A stretch of DNA of 34,929 bases from a virus (taxonomy: Duplodnaviria; Caudoviricetes), in IMG/VR virus record IMGVR_UViG_3300038379_000955, positions 1-34,929 of that record; one strand, given 5' to 3'. Position numbers and translations under genes: made by a program. Of this stretch, positions 18,963 through 27,918 are shown one piece after another (position 1 is the first letter of the stretch; every line of letters starts with the position of its first letter). The notes below the pieces were generated by a model that was not told where the DNA came from, made no database searches, and saw only the letters and a list, made by a program, of their open reading frames with translations.

Positions 18963-20462
18963 ATGGCTTGGCAAATACTGGTCGATTGGGAAAATAACAA
19001 CAACTTTAGTGGAACTTATGACAATATTACGGCGGATGTGATTTCGATCCGGTGGCGGCTGGGAATGCGTCAGGCTTTCCAAAGCGTGTGCGATGAAAGT
19101 GCTTTGACGCTGGAAGTCGCCAACAGCACCGGCAAGTATTTGCCAGAAAATAGCAGCAGCCCAATTTATCCTTATTTAAAGCCACATCGCCGCATCAAAG
19201 TTTTATGGGATACCGCTACGCTTTACGTGGGCTGGATTGATAAAATTACGATAGACGCACGGCCAGCGGGGGAAAATACGGGCCGGCTGCCGGCGCAGAT
19301 CAGCGCAGTGGGCGCCAAACAAGCGCTTCAGGATTTGACGCTGAGCCTCCAACTGTATGAGAATATCAACGGGGATGTGATTGTTGCGGATGTGCTGCGG
19401 CGGGGACAAGTGCCGCCTTCGGTGGCGGACGTTTGGCGCATTGGTGAGGTTGGAGCCAGCCAAATCGGGATCAATACCCGCGTGGGGAGCTTGACGGATT
19501 TTGCCACAATCGAAACCGGCCAAACCACCTTCCGCTATTATGGTGACGTGCAGCGTAAAGGCTGGGAGATCATTAAAGAAGTGACCGAAGCCGAACGCGG
19601 GCGATTTTTCTTTGATCGAGAAGGCAAAGCGATTTGGTGGAATCGCCACCATTTATTGAAGGATATAACAAATGATAACATCTTAACTTTGGCGGATCCG
19701 ATCCAAATAGAGTATAATGTAGGGCTGATCACCAACGTTATTAAAATCGAAAGTAATCCGCGCCAGGTGGCCGGCAGCCAAGTGTTGTGGAGCTTGGATA
19801 GCCCCATAACCATTCCAGCGGGGAATACCATCGAGATTGAAGTACAATTACGCCGTTCTGATGGGACTTTTACGGGCTCGGGAGCCTTGTCGACGAGCGG
19901 AACGGCCTTCAGCAGCGGGAGCGCCACGATTACAGTCAGCAGCCGGGGCGGGGTGGCGCGCTTAACGTTGGCCAACGCCGGCGGAGAGGACGCAACCCTC
20001 ACCGCGCTGAATATCAACGGAGCGCCCATCTCCAACCAAAATAAGTTGGTGGTGATCGCGCAGGATGCCGCTTCCATCGCGGAGTTTGGATCGAATGAGC
20101 TGCGCTTGTCGCTGCTGGCGATTGACAACTATGCCCAGGCTGCGCAGATTGCCCAGTTTGAGTTAGCCCGGCGCAAAAATGTCCGATGGGAAATCAGCCA
20201 AATCAAGTACACGGCGGCGGCGGATGGGATTGGAAACGCCCAGCCGTTGGCCTATACGATTGGAACCCGGCTGCGGCTGAATCTGGCTGCGCTCGGCCAC
20301 GATCAGGATTATTTTGTGATAGGCGAAGAGCATTTTATCGAACGTGGCTTGATGCTACATCAGGCGACACTCCACTTGGAGCCAAGCAACGCCACCAAGT
20401 TTTGGATGATCGGGACAGCGGGTTATGGTGAGATTGGCAATACAACGAAAGTAGGGTATTAA
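18963..20462 (+). CDS. Tail tip/baseplate hub-like protein
   Basis: Directly after tape measure; E.GRFFFDREG hub-like motif; beta-rich. Confidence 0.65.
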   Translation: MAWQILVDWENNNNFSGTYDNITADVISIRWRLGMRQAFQSVCDESALTLEVANSTGKYLPENSSSPIYPYLKPHRRIKVLWDTATLYVGWIDKITIDARPAGENTGRLPAQISAVGAKQALQDLTLSLQLYENINGDVIVADVLRRGQVPPSVADVWRIGEVGASQIGINTRVGSLTDFATIETGQTTFRYYGDVQRKGWEIIKEVTEAERGRFFFDREGKAIWWNRHHLLKDITNDNILTLADPIQIEYNVGLITNVIKIESNPRQVAGSQVLWSLDSPITIPAGNTIEIEVQLRRSDGTFTGSGALSTSGTAFSSGSATITVSSRGGVARLTLANAGGEDATLTALNINGAPISNQNKLVVIAQDAASIAEFGSNELRLSLLAIDNYAQAAQIAQFELARRKNVRWEISQIKYTAAADGIGNAQPLAYTIGTRLRLNLAALGHDQDYFVIGEEHFIERGLMLHQATLHLEPSNATKFWMIGTAGYGEIGNTTKVGY

Positions 20463-21034
20463 TGGCGTACGTCACAATGCCAACAGTGGCAACGGGCGAT
20501 TTGATTGCTGCGGCGGATTGGAATCAGGTCGGGGATAACTTCGATCATCTGGCAGCATTGAAGGCGGGCGGAACGGCGCTGAGCAGCAAAAGTAGCGCGG
20601 CTGAATTGCTGGCCACGCCCAAAGCAGATTATACGTTGAATGAGAGCAGCAACTATACCACGACCAGCACGAGCTTTGCCGATATAGACGCGGTGAAGTT
20701 GGCGTTGAGCATCACCAGCAACGGCGGGGATGTTTTGGTACAGTTTCACGGAACGTTTACCATCAATGCCGCCTCCACATTTTGGCTGGAACTGATGGTA
20801 GATGGCGTGGCCCACGCGGGGGATGATGGGATCGGCGGCTTCTCCGTACCAGCCACCGGCGCGGGGGTCACCGCCAGCTTTACCCGTTTGATCAAAGGAT
20901 TAAGCGCGGGATCGCATACCTTCAAACTACGCTGGAAAACGCTGAGCAATACGCTGACTTTGTATGCGGGCGCGGGAACGGCGAGTTGGGATGTGCATCC
21001 CCAATTTTGGGTGAAGGAGATTTTTAATTCATGA
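20462..21034 (+). CDS. Minor tail/fibre-like protein
   Basis: GD.I.AADWNQ..DN N-terminus, T/S-rich beta C-terminus, GSHTFKLRW. Confidence 0.6.
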   Translation: MAYVTMPTVATGDLIAAADWNQVGDNFDHLAALKAGGTALSSKSSAAELLATPKADYTLNESSNYTTTSTSFADIDAVKLALSITSNGGDVLVQFHGTFTINAASTFWLELMVDGVAHAGDDGIGGFSVPATGAGVTASFTRLIKGLSAGSHTFKLRWKTLSNTLTLYAGAGTASWDVHPQFWVKEIFNS

Positions 21035-21477
21035 GCGCCATTGACCATGAGATCACAGTTAATAAAAGTGTGTTGCAAATCGCGCCGCTGAACGCCGCTT
21101 TGCGTGCCGCTTTGGGCAGTGCGATTAGCGGCGTTACGGTAGGCGGCGGCGCGGTGCGCGTGCATTTCCTGATCCCACCCGGCGCGGGCGATGCTCTGGC
21201 TGAGAATCTGATAAGCGAGCATAACGTTTTGGCTGTGGCCAGCAGCAAAACCCAGATCACGGCGGATGGCGTTGATGAGGCGTTGATCAGCTGTGCGCAG
21301 CTGGGGAATAATTTTGACTATCTGATCTGGCAAGAGAACAAAAGTATAGCGGTGGGCAGCGTGGCCGATGGCTTACTAGAACTATCCGCCGTAGAAAGCG
21401 GCGTGTATCTGGTGGAGATCAAAGCGCCGACCGGCCATCAAACGGGGTATGTGACAGTGGAGGCAAATAGTGTCTAA
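21031..21477 (+). CDS. Hypothetical virion-associated protein
   Basis: Coupled ORF, beta-rich. Confidence 0.6.
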   Translation: MSAIDHEITVNKSVLQIAPLNAALRAALGSAISGVTVGGGAVRVHFLIPPGAGDALAENLISEHNVLAVASSKTQITADGVDEALISCAQLGNNFDYLIWQENKSIAVGSVADGLLELSAVESGVYLVEIKAPTGHQTGYVTVEANSV

Positions 21478-21646
21478 AGTGGTAATAGGCGATCAGGATA
21501 ATAAAGCCAATATGGCGGATATTCAGGCCGCGATTGAGACTTTGAAGCCAGTGAATTTTGATCCACTGACCAACGCGCAGAAAATCGAAGAACTCCGCAA
21601 AGGTCTGCGGGCGGCGCTAAAGAAAATTAAGCGCGAACTAAAATGA
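21470..21646 (+). CDS. Small hypothetical protein (58 aa), not in ORF track
   Basis: GTG start with GGAGG RBS, overlapping upstream stop; open to TGA 21644-21646 (MSKVVIGDQD...KIKRELK). Confidence 0.65.
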   Translation: MSKVVIGDQDNKANMADIQAAIETLKPVNFDPLTNAQKIEELRKGLRAALKKIKRELK

Positions 21647-21727
21647 TCGGGCGTTCAATTATGCCCAATTGCTGGCGCTAAGGGCATTGGGATTGACGCG
21701 CTTTTAGCTGCCCCAAAAAAACAAACT

Positions 21728-22261
21728 ATGAATTATCTGATTGAGGCCTTAGCTGCTGCTGGCATCGCATTGGTGGTCGCGTGTATCGCGGCGATTGCGG
21801 CTTGGATTCGTAATCAGGCCAAAATCAACAGCTTGAACGTGCAGGAACGTGCCAACTTCGAGGCTTTACGCAATGCTCAGTTGGAGCGCCTGAAACAGGC
21901 CGCGGAGCGGCTGCCCCAGCTGGAGGCTGATGTGGCCGGTTTGCGCGCACAATTGGCTACGCTTACATCCGAAAATAAACACAAGGCCGATTTGATTGTC
22001 AGTGAAGAAAAAGAAATTGACAAACTCAATGCGGCGATTGCGTTGCTGCGGGCCGAATTGACCCAGGTGGTTGAGGAGCGGGATCGCCTTTCGAGTCAGC
22101 TTAAGGATGCCACCCACCGCCTGGAGAAAGCCGCCAGGGAGTTGGAATTAGCCAATGCCAAGATGGAAGGCATACAATTTATTTTGAATGCCATTCCGAA
22201 TTTGATCAGCTTTTTAGAAAAACAAAAGGAAACAGAACATGTCCCACAAACGCTTAACTGA
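21728..22261 (+). CDS. Membrane-anchored coiled-coil protein (lysis module candidate)
   Basis: One N-terminal hydrophobic helix, long heptad pattern. Confidence 0.6.
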   Translation: MNYLIEALAAAGIALVVACIAAIAAWIRNQAKINSLNVQERANFEALRNAQLERLKQAAERLPQLEADVAGLRAQLATLTSENKHKADLIVSEEKEIDKLNAAIALLRAELTQVVEERDRLSSQLKDATHRLEKAARELELANAKMEGIQFILNAIPNLISFLEKQKETEHVPQTLN

Positions 22262-22502
22262 AGTTGCCGAAATTGTGATCATGGCGGCGGTGCTGATCGG
22301 GGTGGCCTACTGGCCGGCCCTAGACGCCTACAAAAGTGATCTGATTGCCCTGCTGACCGTGTTGTTTGTGGCCGCCCTAAGCGGCAAAAAGCTCGAAGAT
22401 ATTGTCGTGGCATTGTTGCCCGTGCTGGAGGCTCTGGCGAAACGCACGCCAACCCCACTGGATGATTTGATTGTCGAAACTGCGAAGGAGATTTTAGAAT
22501 GA
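22239..22502 (+). CDS. Holin-like small membrane protein
   Basis: Two hydrophobic helices, TPTPLDD tail; AAGGA RBS. Confidence 0.5.
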   Translation: MSHKRLTEVAEIVIMAAVLIGVAYWPALDAYKSDLIALLTVLFVAALSGKKLEDIVVALLPVLEALAKRTPTPLDDLIVETAKEILE

Positions 22503-22852
22503 ATCCTCTGTTTGGTGAGCTAAAAGAAAAGATCGCACGTTTTCGTCTGCTGCATAGTTTTTTCCATTTGCGCCTGCATTTAAACGATCCCGCTACCAAC
22601 GAGCCCAAAGCCGAAACTGCCTATGGCCTCTATCCGCCCGAAGTGGTGGCTCAAGTGGGCTACATCGAGGATATTGGGTTGTTGTGGAAAGAGATCGATA
22701 GCCTCTGCCAGCAAATCATCAGCCAGTTTGAAGGTTTGCCCAGCCGCCCCCCTGGTGGGGCCGGCTGGCGCAGTGGCCTCACCGCCGAACATCTGGTTGA
22801 TCAGGAACTTTTGATCCGCTACCTTTGCAGTTTGCTTGACGATCTGGCATAA
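22499..22852 (+). CDS. Hypothetical protein
   Basis: ATGA overlap, AAGGAG RBS, last gene of rightward operon. Confidence 0.55.
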   Translation: MNPLFGELKEKIARFRLLHSFFHLRLHLNDPATNEPKAETAYGLYPPEVVAQVGYIEDIGLLWKEIDSLCQQIISQFEGLPSRPPGGAGWRSGLTAEHLVDQELLIRYLCSLLDDLA

Positions 22853-22865
22853 AAACCATCCGCTA

Positions 22866-22888
22866 AGTTGTCAACTAAGTTAACAACT
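22866..22888. promoter_or_regulatory. Second copy of AGTTGTCAACT-N-AGTTGACAACT palindrome
   Basis: AGTTGTCAACTAAGTTAACAACT between convergent genes; one arm mismatch versus 3849-3871. Confidence 0.65.
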
Positions 22889-23744
22889 AAAACAAAGCAG
22901 GCTGCGTGATCCAGTTGGCTGCGCCTTTACGATTCCACCACAACACTTCAAGCGTTGGATCCTTGTGGAGATTGAGCGCTTTTTTTTCCAAACGTAGCCA
23001 GTCTGGATAAAGATCAGCATACAGCGTGCCATCATAGCCACTCAAAAAAACTGCGCCCTGGCAGGCATGGAGGGCTTCAGCTAAATGGCGATGATCCACT
23101 GTAAAGTTATAGTATAAGGTCGAATCGCGCATCGTTTCGATCACATAGGGCGGATCGACATACAGCAGCGCGCGGGAATTATCCGCAAACAGGCTGATAA
23201 AATCCAGGGCGTCGCGCTGGTGGATTTCGGCAGCGCGTAAACGTTCCGCCGCTGCAAATAAATGCCCGATGCCGTTATTTTGAGCGGCGGAAGTGATCGT
23301 TTGGCCGCGGCCCAAGCCTTTCAGCCAACCTCCTTTTTGTTTGAGATTACTGCCATAACTCTGTCGCAATTTTATGAAAGTACGCCGCGCCTGCTCCAGC
23401 GGATCATCGGTTGCCTGCCAGCTCGTGGCATACTCGAATTGGCTGTAAGGGGTGGCCCAGATTTTATAGATCAATTCGTTAGGCCGATCCCGCAACATCT
23501 TAAAAAAATTCACAATCTCGCCGTCTAGATCATTCAGCGCTTCCAGTTTAACGGGTTGTTTTACAAAAAAAACGCTGGCCATGCCGGCAAACGGCTCGGC
23601 GTAAATTTCATGTTGGCCGAACTTTTTAGCAATCCAGCTCGCCAATTTTGCTTTGCCCCCATAATAGCTGGTGATTGGCCGATCCAGTTTCACCACGCGG
23701 GGGCGGATCAGCGTGGCGAGCTCGTCATAATTGAGTTCGTTCAT
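22887..23744 (-). CDS. dam: DNA adenine methyltransferase (Dam/D12 class)
   Basis: YYGGK, EPFAG, NDLD, YVDPPY, LSGY; recognition site not inferable. Confidence 0.9.
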   Translation of the reverse strand: MNELNYDELATLIRPRVVKLDRPITSYYGGKAKLASWIAKKFGQHEIYAEPFAGMASVFFVKQPVKLEALNDLDGEIVNFFKMLRDRPNELIYKIWATPYSQFEYATSWQATDDPLEQARRTFIKLRQSYGSNLKQKGGWLKGLGRGQTITSAAQNNGIGHLFAAAERLRAAEIHQRDALDFISLFADNSRALLYVDPPYVIETMRDSTLYYNFTVDHRHLAEALHACQGAVFLSGYDGTLYADLYPDWLRLEKKALNLHKDPTLEVLWWNRKGAANWITQPALF

Positions 23745-24075
23745 GCGGCTCCAACAGTTGAATGATATTGTCGATCATCGTTGCGGGATCATTTTGCAGC
23801 ATCGGCCCCGTGACCCGGTAAATCCGCCATTTCAGCATCAGGGCTACATTGTATTTTTCAATATCTTCTATGTAGCCCTGAGGCCGTATATGTCGCCCCT
23901 GGCTATAGATGCCGCCTTCAACTTCGACTGCTAATTTTTGGTCGATCCACGCAAAATCAAAACGCCAGCGGCGGGGGGCGGCAAACCGATATTGCAAAAC
24001 GGGCTCAGGATAAAACGGGGCCAGCGTTCGCCAAAAATACAGAAAAGAAAGCTCAAGCGGGCTGTCCTTTTTCAT
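23725..24075 (-). CDS. PD-(D/E)XK endonuclease (Vsr/DUF559-like)
   Basis: RRWRFDFAW..KLAVEVEGG...H...Y..D.EKYN. Confidence 0.8.
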   Translation of the reverse strand: MKKDSPLELSFLYFWRTLAPFYPEPVLQYRFAAPRRWRFDFAWIDQKLAVEVEGGIYSQGRHIRPQGYIEDIEKYNVALMLKWRIYRVTGPMLQNDPATMIDNIIQLLEPHERTQL

Positions 24076-24425
24076 TTAAAAACTCCTTTCAGCCGTTTGG
24101 CCAACGCCCAGCGTTTACGGGTCACATACGGTATGGAAGGCCGTTTCCGACCCAGAGCCTTTTGGCGCTGCCTGTAGGCTTGCTGCACAGCGCGGTTCCG
24201 TTCGGGATTGTTAGCGCGCCAGCGCGCCCCTCGTTCGCGGCTTTTGGCCCGGCTTTCAGCCCAATTCGCGTAGTACTGCTCCATCTGGCGAGCATTATGA
24301 CAGGCACGGCATACGCGGCTGTTGCAACGAAAAGCCTCCGCGCGTTTTTCCTCACCGCACCGCCGGCACATTTTCATTTGCGTCGCGTTAATGAATTTCA
24401 TGTTGGATTTTAAGTCTCCTCCCAA
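24072..24425 (-). CDS. Basic Cys4 zinc-finger protein
   Basis: CRRC...CRAC then Arg-rich helix, like HNH N-termini but with no HNH domain; start may be internal. Confidence 0.55.
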   Translation of the reverse strand: MGGDLKSNMKFINATQMKMCRRCGEEKRAEAFRCNSRVCRACHNARQMEQYYANWAESRAKSRERGARWRANNPERNRAVQQAYRQRQKALGRKRPSIPYVTRKRWALAKRLKGVFK

Positions 24426-24739
24426 AAATTCCGCAGGGCGTCTAAGCCCGCATCCAGCGCTAAAATACTCCCCTCCTCAGCCTTGCCAATTTCAGCCGCT
24501 CCCAATTGGCCGGTAGCGGCGCGATAGAGTAGTTCGCGTACCAGGGCCGAGGCCTTTTCGCTGCCATGCTGGGCTATATACTGCTGTAAAAAAAACGCTG
24601 CCACTGCACTTTTTTTATCGCGCTGGGGAAATCGCATATTGAAACGCGTACGCACTGGGGGAAAGTGCCGCACCGTTTCTAACTGCGATTCCCCCAAGGG
24701 AACCAGTACGAGTGGTGGCCGCGCGGTTGTCTGCGTCAT
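24410..24739 (-). CDS. Putative ParR-like adaptor / DNA-binding protein
   Basis: Translationally coupled downstream of ParM-like gene; strand-helix-helix pattern (FNMRF...SALVRELLY). Confidence 0.45.
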   Translation of the reverse strand: MTQTTARPPLVLVPLGESQLETVRHFPPVRTRFNMRFPQRDKKSAVAAFFLQQYIAQHGSEKASALVRELLYRAATGQLGAAEIGKAEEGSILALDAGLDALRNFWEET

Positions 24740-25842
24740 TAATGTTTTGCGGCCAGCGCCTGCTTGGCCAACATTGAGCGGTACATGCCGCGTACATGTC
24801 CCATGTGCGGCGCGTTTTTCGCGGCCAAACGAACGCTGTCGTGGGGCAAATCTAGCCAGGGCGCCACTAACACGGAGCCGCCGCCGCCCAAAATGATCAT
24901 GCTGGCCTGATCCGCCAAATCCGCTCGCTCATACCACAGCGAACGAATTTGCGGGACGAACCACCGACTCACCACTTCGTTGATGATATGATTCAAATTA
25001 TGAGTAGTCCCGCGAAAGATCACCTGGCCGCTGCCGAAGGCCGCCGCCGTTTCAGCGGGAGTCATCAACAGCGGAATACCACTGCCGACCACGGCATTCG
25101 CAAAGGCATTCAGCAAATTCCCAATGCCATAATTCGTGCTGCTGCTGCTATTTTTGACGTAGGAGCCACGATCAAAAAATGTGATGTCGGTGGTGCCATG
25201 CCCAATGTCCAGGAGGCCCACCAAACCGCCCAGCATCATTTGATTGTTGGAAAGCAGCCCCCGCCCATCAGCCGCAATCGCCAACAATGCCCACAGGCCA
25301 AAACTTTCTGCGCTGACGCTGCATTTGCGAATCTTGAGAGTTTTTTCGATCAAACGCCAGCTTCCCTTGATATTTTCATAATGTCCCACACGGGCGGACT
25401 TCCCCTCAAACAGCAATTTCAAATGAGTTCCATAGGTGGTCCCGTCCGTGGCATAGGGCGCGTCCTTGATGGCCGCTGGCTGGCTCAAATATAAATTAAG
25501 ATCGGTACCATCCAGTTTATCCATATTGAGGGCCAGATTGCCCCACACTAAATTTTGATAGTAGCCGCCGCCGGCATGCGTATAACGGGCAATGCCCGTC
25601 ATGCGATTCAGCGCTCCGCGAAAATGCGGCGTGGTGGCCAGATCGCCCATGACATAGCGGCTGCCGTTCAGGATCACACACGAGCGGTAGAAGGCCTCCA
25701 CGTCAGAAGCCGACAATTCCGTTGCATCAAAACGATCCGCCACCTCGGCATATGCGCTCGGGGCCGACCATTCCTGCTTGGCTGCCGCCCCCCACATCCC
25801 CTTAAGATAGCCATTCCCTAAATCAATGTGGACTTCGTTCAT
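24739..25842 (-). CDS. parM: ParM/StbA actin-like ATPase
   Basis: Phosphate-1 IDLGNGYLK, phosphate-2 LDIGHGTTD, adenosine LGGGGS; ATG 25842 overlaps upstream stop. Confidence 0.85.
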   Translation of the reverse strand: MNEVHIDLGNGYLKGMWGAAAKQEWSAPSAYAEVADRFDATELSASDVEAFYRSCVILNGSRYVMGDLATTPHFRGALNRMTGIARYTHAGGGYYQNLVWGNLALNMDKLDGTDLNLYLSQPAAIKDAPYATDGTTYGTHLKLLFEGKSARVGHYENIKGSWRLIEKTLKIRKCSVSAESFGLWALLAIAADGRGLLSNNQMMLGGLVGLLDIGHGTTDITFFDRGSYVKNSSSSTNYGIGNLLNAFANAVVGSGIPLLMTPAETAAAFGSGQVIFRGTTHNLNHIINEVVSRWFVPQIRSLWYERADLADQASMIILGGGGSVLVAPWLDLPHDSVRLAAKNAPHMGHVRGMYRSMLAKQALAAKH

Positions 25843-26108
25843 TGCCCCGCCTGTTTGGCCGCGAAAAGGCAATAACTGTCTCCTTGGAAGAACTGCCGAA
25901 TAAAGAGCGTATATTCATTAGCATGCCGCGCACCATAATTCCGCATCGCCATTAAGCAAAGATGGCGCTCGTGCGGATTGTCAAAGGCCACGATCATCCC
26001 CTTGCCGCCGATTTCCAGCGCGTGAAAGGCAGCCAGCACTTTTTTCCAGGAGCGAATCCCAAACGCCCCTGGCTGAAATTCCACATCCGTCTTAATCTCA
26101 TGCGTCAT
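25839..26108 (-). CDS. Hypothetical protein
   Basis: First gene of leftward operon, AAGGTG RBS. Confidence 0.55.
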   Translation of the reverse strand: MTHEIKTDVEFQPGAFGIRSWKKVLAAFHALEIGGKGMIVAFDNPHERHLCLMAMRNYGARHANEYTLFIRQFFQGDSYCLFAAKQAGQ

Positions 26109-26210
26109 TTTTTTTCACCTTTTTGTGCGTACATATCGGCCAAAATCAGGCCCAAAAAAGGCTTTTTGGGGCCAAAAACGCCGACTTTGTACGTATGTTC
26201 TTCTAAATAT

Positions 26211-26239
26211 AGCATAATGATAAAAAAGATTCATGTCAA
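26211..26239 (-). promoter_or_regulatory. Leftward sigma70 promoter (par/dam operon)
   Basis: Minus strand TTGACA-17 bp-TATGCT. Confidence 0.7.
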
Positions 26240-26291
26240 GTCATCTTTTCGATGTCGTTTGAAATATTTACAATCTTTTGGAATTATACAC

Positions 26292-26320
26292 TTGACATTA
26301 TTCCCGCATAGGAGTATAAT
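26292..26320 (+). promoter_or_regulatory. Rightward consensus sigma70 promoter
   Basis: TTGACA-17 bp-TATAAT. Confidence 0.85.
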
Positions 26321-26365
26321 GGAATTATAAGATGGGAGTTTAAATAGATAACGAGGAGATCTTAA

Positions 26366-27220
26366 ATGAAACCCGTAGTCTGGCTATCCCAACCTACCCC
26401 CGAACAGCAGAACTATTTCTCCCAGCGCGGCTGGGAGGTCATTGTCGTTGACACCTCGGCGGAACCCTTTGCCAGCGGCGCGGCCGCGTGGCAGCGGGTG
26501 CGGAAGGCCGCTGACGGCCGCACGCCCGACGCAGTGATGGGCATCATCCCCCTGCAAATACTGGGGGAGTACCTCAAAGCCGCGGGCAGCTGCCCGCTGC
26601 TGCAAGCCGACATGGAGGCGGTTCGGGGGGCAACCCCCCCAAGAAGCGTGTGGAAGGGTACCTTCACCCAGACGGTGAAGGTTGAGATATTGAAGCGCGC
26701 CTGGGGTATTGAGGCGGAAGCTCCGCTGACGGCGGAGCAGGAACAATACCTCCGGCATGTGCCAATCCACCTGCCCCAGGGCGGGCGGGTTGAAGTCCGG
26801 CGGGTGTGGGCCCTCCCCGCGGATGCGGTGGAGGATTTGGCCAATTTCTCGTCGGCGAATGGCCGACGGAAAATCGTATTGCGCGGTCACCCGCGCCACA
26901 AAGTTGATCGTTATGCTTGGCGCGGGCGCGCCAAGCAGGTAGGGACGGCAGATGGGGTCAATCTGTGCAAGATTGACCACAGCCAAACGGAATGGCTGGT
27001 GGTCGCGGCAGAGGACCCCGTATTAATACGGGGTGGGGAAGTAGTCGCGACCACCAGCGGCTACGCCTTCCTGAACGTTCGGGAAGGCGACATGTGGCGC
27101 GAGTACGGCTACAAGCGCCGTACCTCGAACACCAACTTGATCAGGAATGGCAAGATTGTCTCTCCTGATATTGACCAAGTGATTGCAGTAGAGGAATCAC
27201 AAGAAAATGATCGTCATTGA
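26366..27220 (+). CDS. Hypothetical early protein
   Basis: GAGGAG RBS after consensus promoter; 284 aa; no family recognised. Confidence 0.7.
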   Translation: MKPVVWLSQPTPEQQNYFSQRGWEVIVVDTSAEPFASGAAAWQRVRKAADGRTPDAVMGIIPLQILGEYLKAAGSCPLLQADMEAVRGATPPRSVWKGTFTQTVKVEILKRAWGIEAEAPLTAEQEQYLRHVPIHLPQGGRVEVRRVWALPADAVEDLANFSSANGRRKIVLRGHPRHKVDRYAWRGRAKQVGTADGVNLCKIDHSQTEWLVVAAEDPVLIRGGEVVATTSGYAFLNVREGDMWREYGYKRRTSNTNLIRNGKIVSPDIDQVIAVEESQENDRH

Positions 27221-27581
27221 TCTGAGCATCCAGTCGCCCCAGGCTGTGCAAGTTTGGGGCTACTGGTGGGCCTTGTGTCACGGTGCTGGCGATTATCGCC
27301 AGTACTACGTGGCCGCGGCGGGTGATCCCGCCCGCCTGGTGGACTTCGAGGTGGGTATCATGGATGCCCACCGCCTAGACCTGATCCAGGTCATCACGGT
27401 GTCCCAGGCCGCCGTTCTTTTTGGCTGTTCCGCGCGCTATGTGCGCGAGGAAATCGTGCGGGGCAATCTGCGGGCGACCCGCGTCGGCAGCCAGTACCAG
27501 ATTGCCCGTTTGGACTTTGAGGCGTGGTTGGCCACGCCCCGCCGGGGGAGCCGTTTGAAAGCCAAGGAAAATGAAAAATGA
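27207..27581 (+). CDS. Excisionase-like HTH (HTH_17) DNA-binding protein
   Basis: TVSQAA..FGCS..YVR..I.RG.L.A.RVG..Y.I. Confidence 0.75.
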   Translation: MIVIDLSIQSPQAVQVWGYWWALCHGAGDYRQYYVAAAGDPARLVDFEVGIMDAHRLDLIQVITVSQAAVLFGCSARYVREEIVRGNLRATRVGSQYQIARLDFEAWLATPRRGSRLKAKENEK

Positions 27582-27901
27582 TAGATACGTGGAAAAGTGT
27601 GATTGCGATGTTGGCGGCCCCGCGCCCCGCGCCCATCGTGGTGATTTGCCCCGCATGCGGGGGCGCCTGCGAACAGTATGAACTGGATATTTTGGGCCGG
27701 TGCGACGCTTGCTTTAGCAGCCCACCGGCCCCACCGCCGTCTGACTTCTGCCCCGCATGCGGGGGCGAAGGCTATATGGAGACACGCCAGACCTGGGATG
27801 GGGACTGGTACGTCACGCCCTGTCCGGCCTGTCACGCTTACCTTGACGACTATGATCGGGATTGGGCTTACGATCATGGCCGCCGCCATTTGGGAATTTA
27901 G
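27578..27901 (+). CDS. Cys-rich zinc-finger protein
   Basis: Four CxxC pairs including CPACGGEG. Confidence 0.6.
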   Translation: MIDTWKSVIAMLAAPRPAPIVVICPACGGACEQYELDILGRCDACFSSPPAPPPSDFCPACGGEGYMETRQTWDGDWYVTPCPACHAYLDDYDRDWAYDHGRRHLGI

Positions 27902-27918
27902 AGTTTAGGAGAAAAACA

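Noticed and set aside
22887-24075. Type II restriction-modification pair
   Set aside because: The nuclease is a short Vsr/DUF559-like type common in phages; an orphan methylase is more parsimonious
25962-26330. 122-aa plus-strand ORF
   Set aside because: Spans the divergent promoter region and overlaps a better-supported minus-strand gene
27207-27581. Evidence for integration/excision
   Set aside because: HTH_17 domains are often plain regulators; no integrase or att site seen
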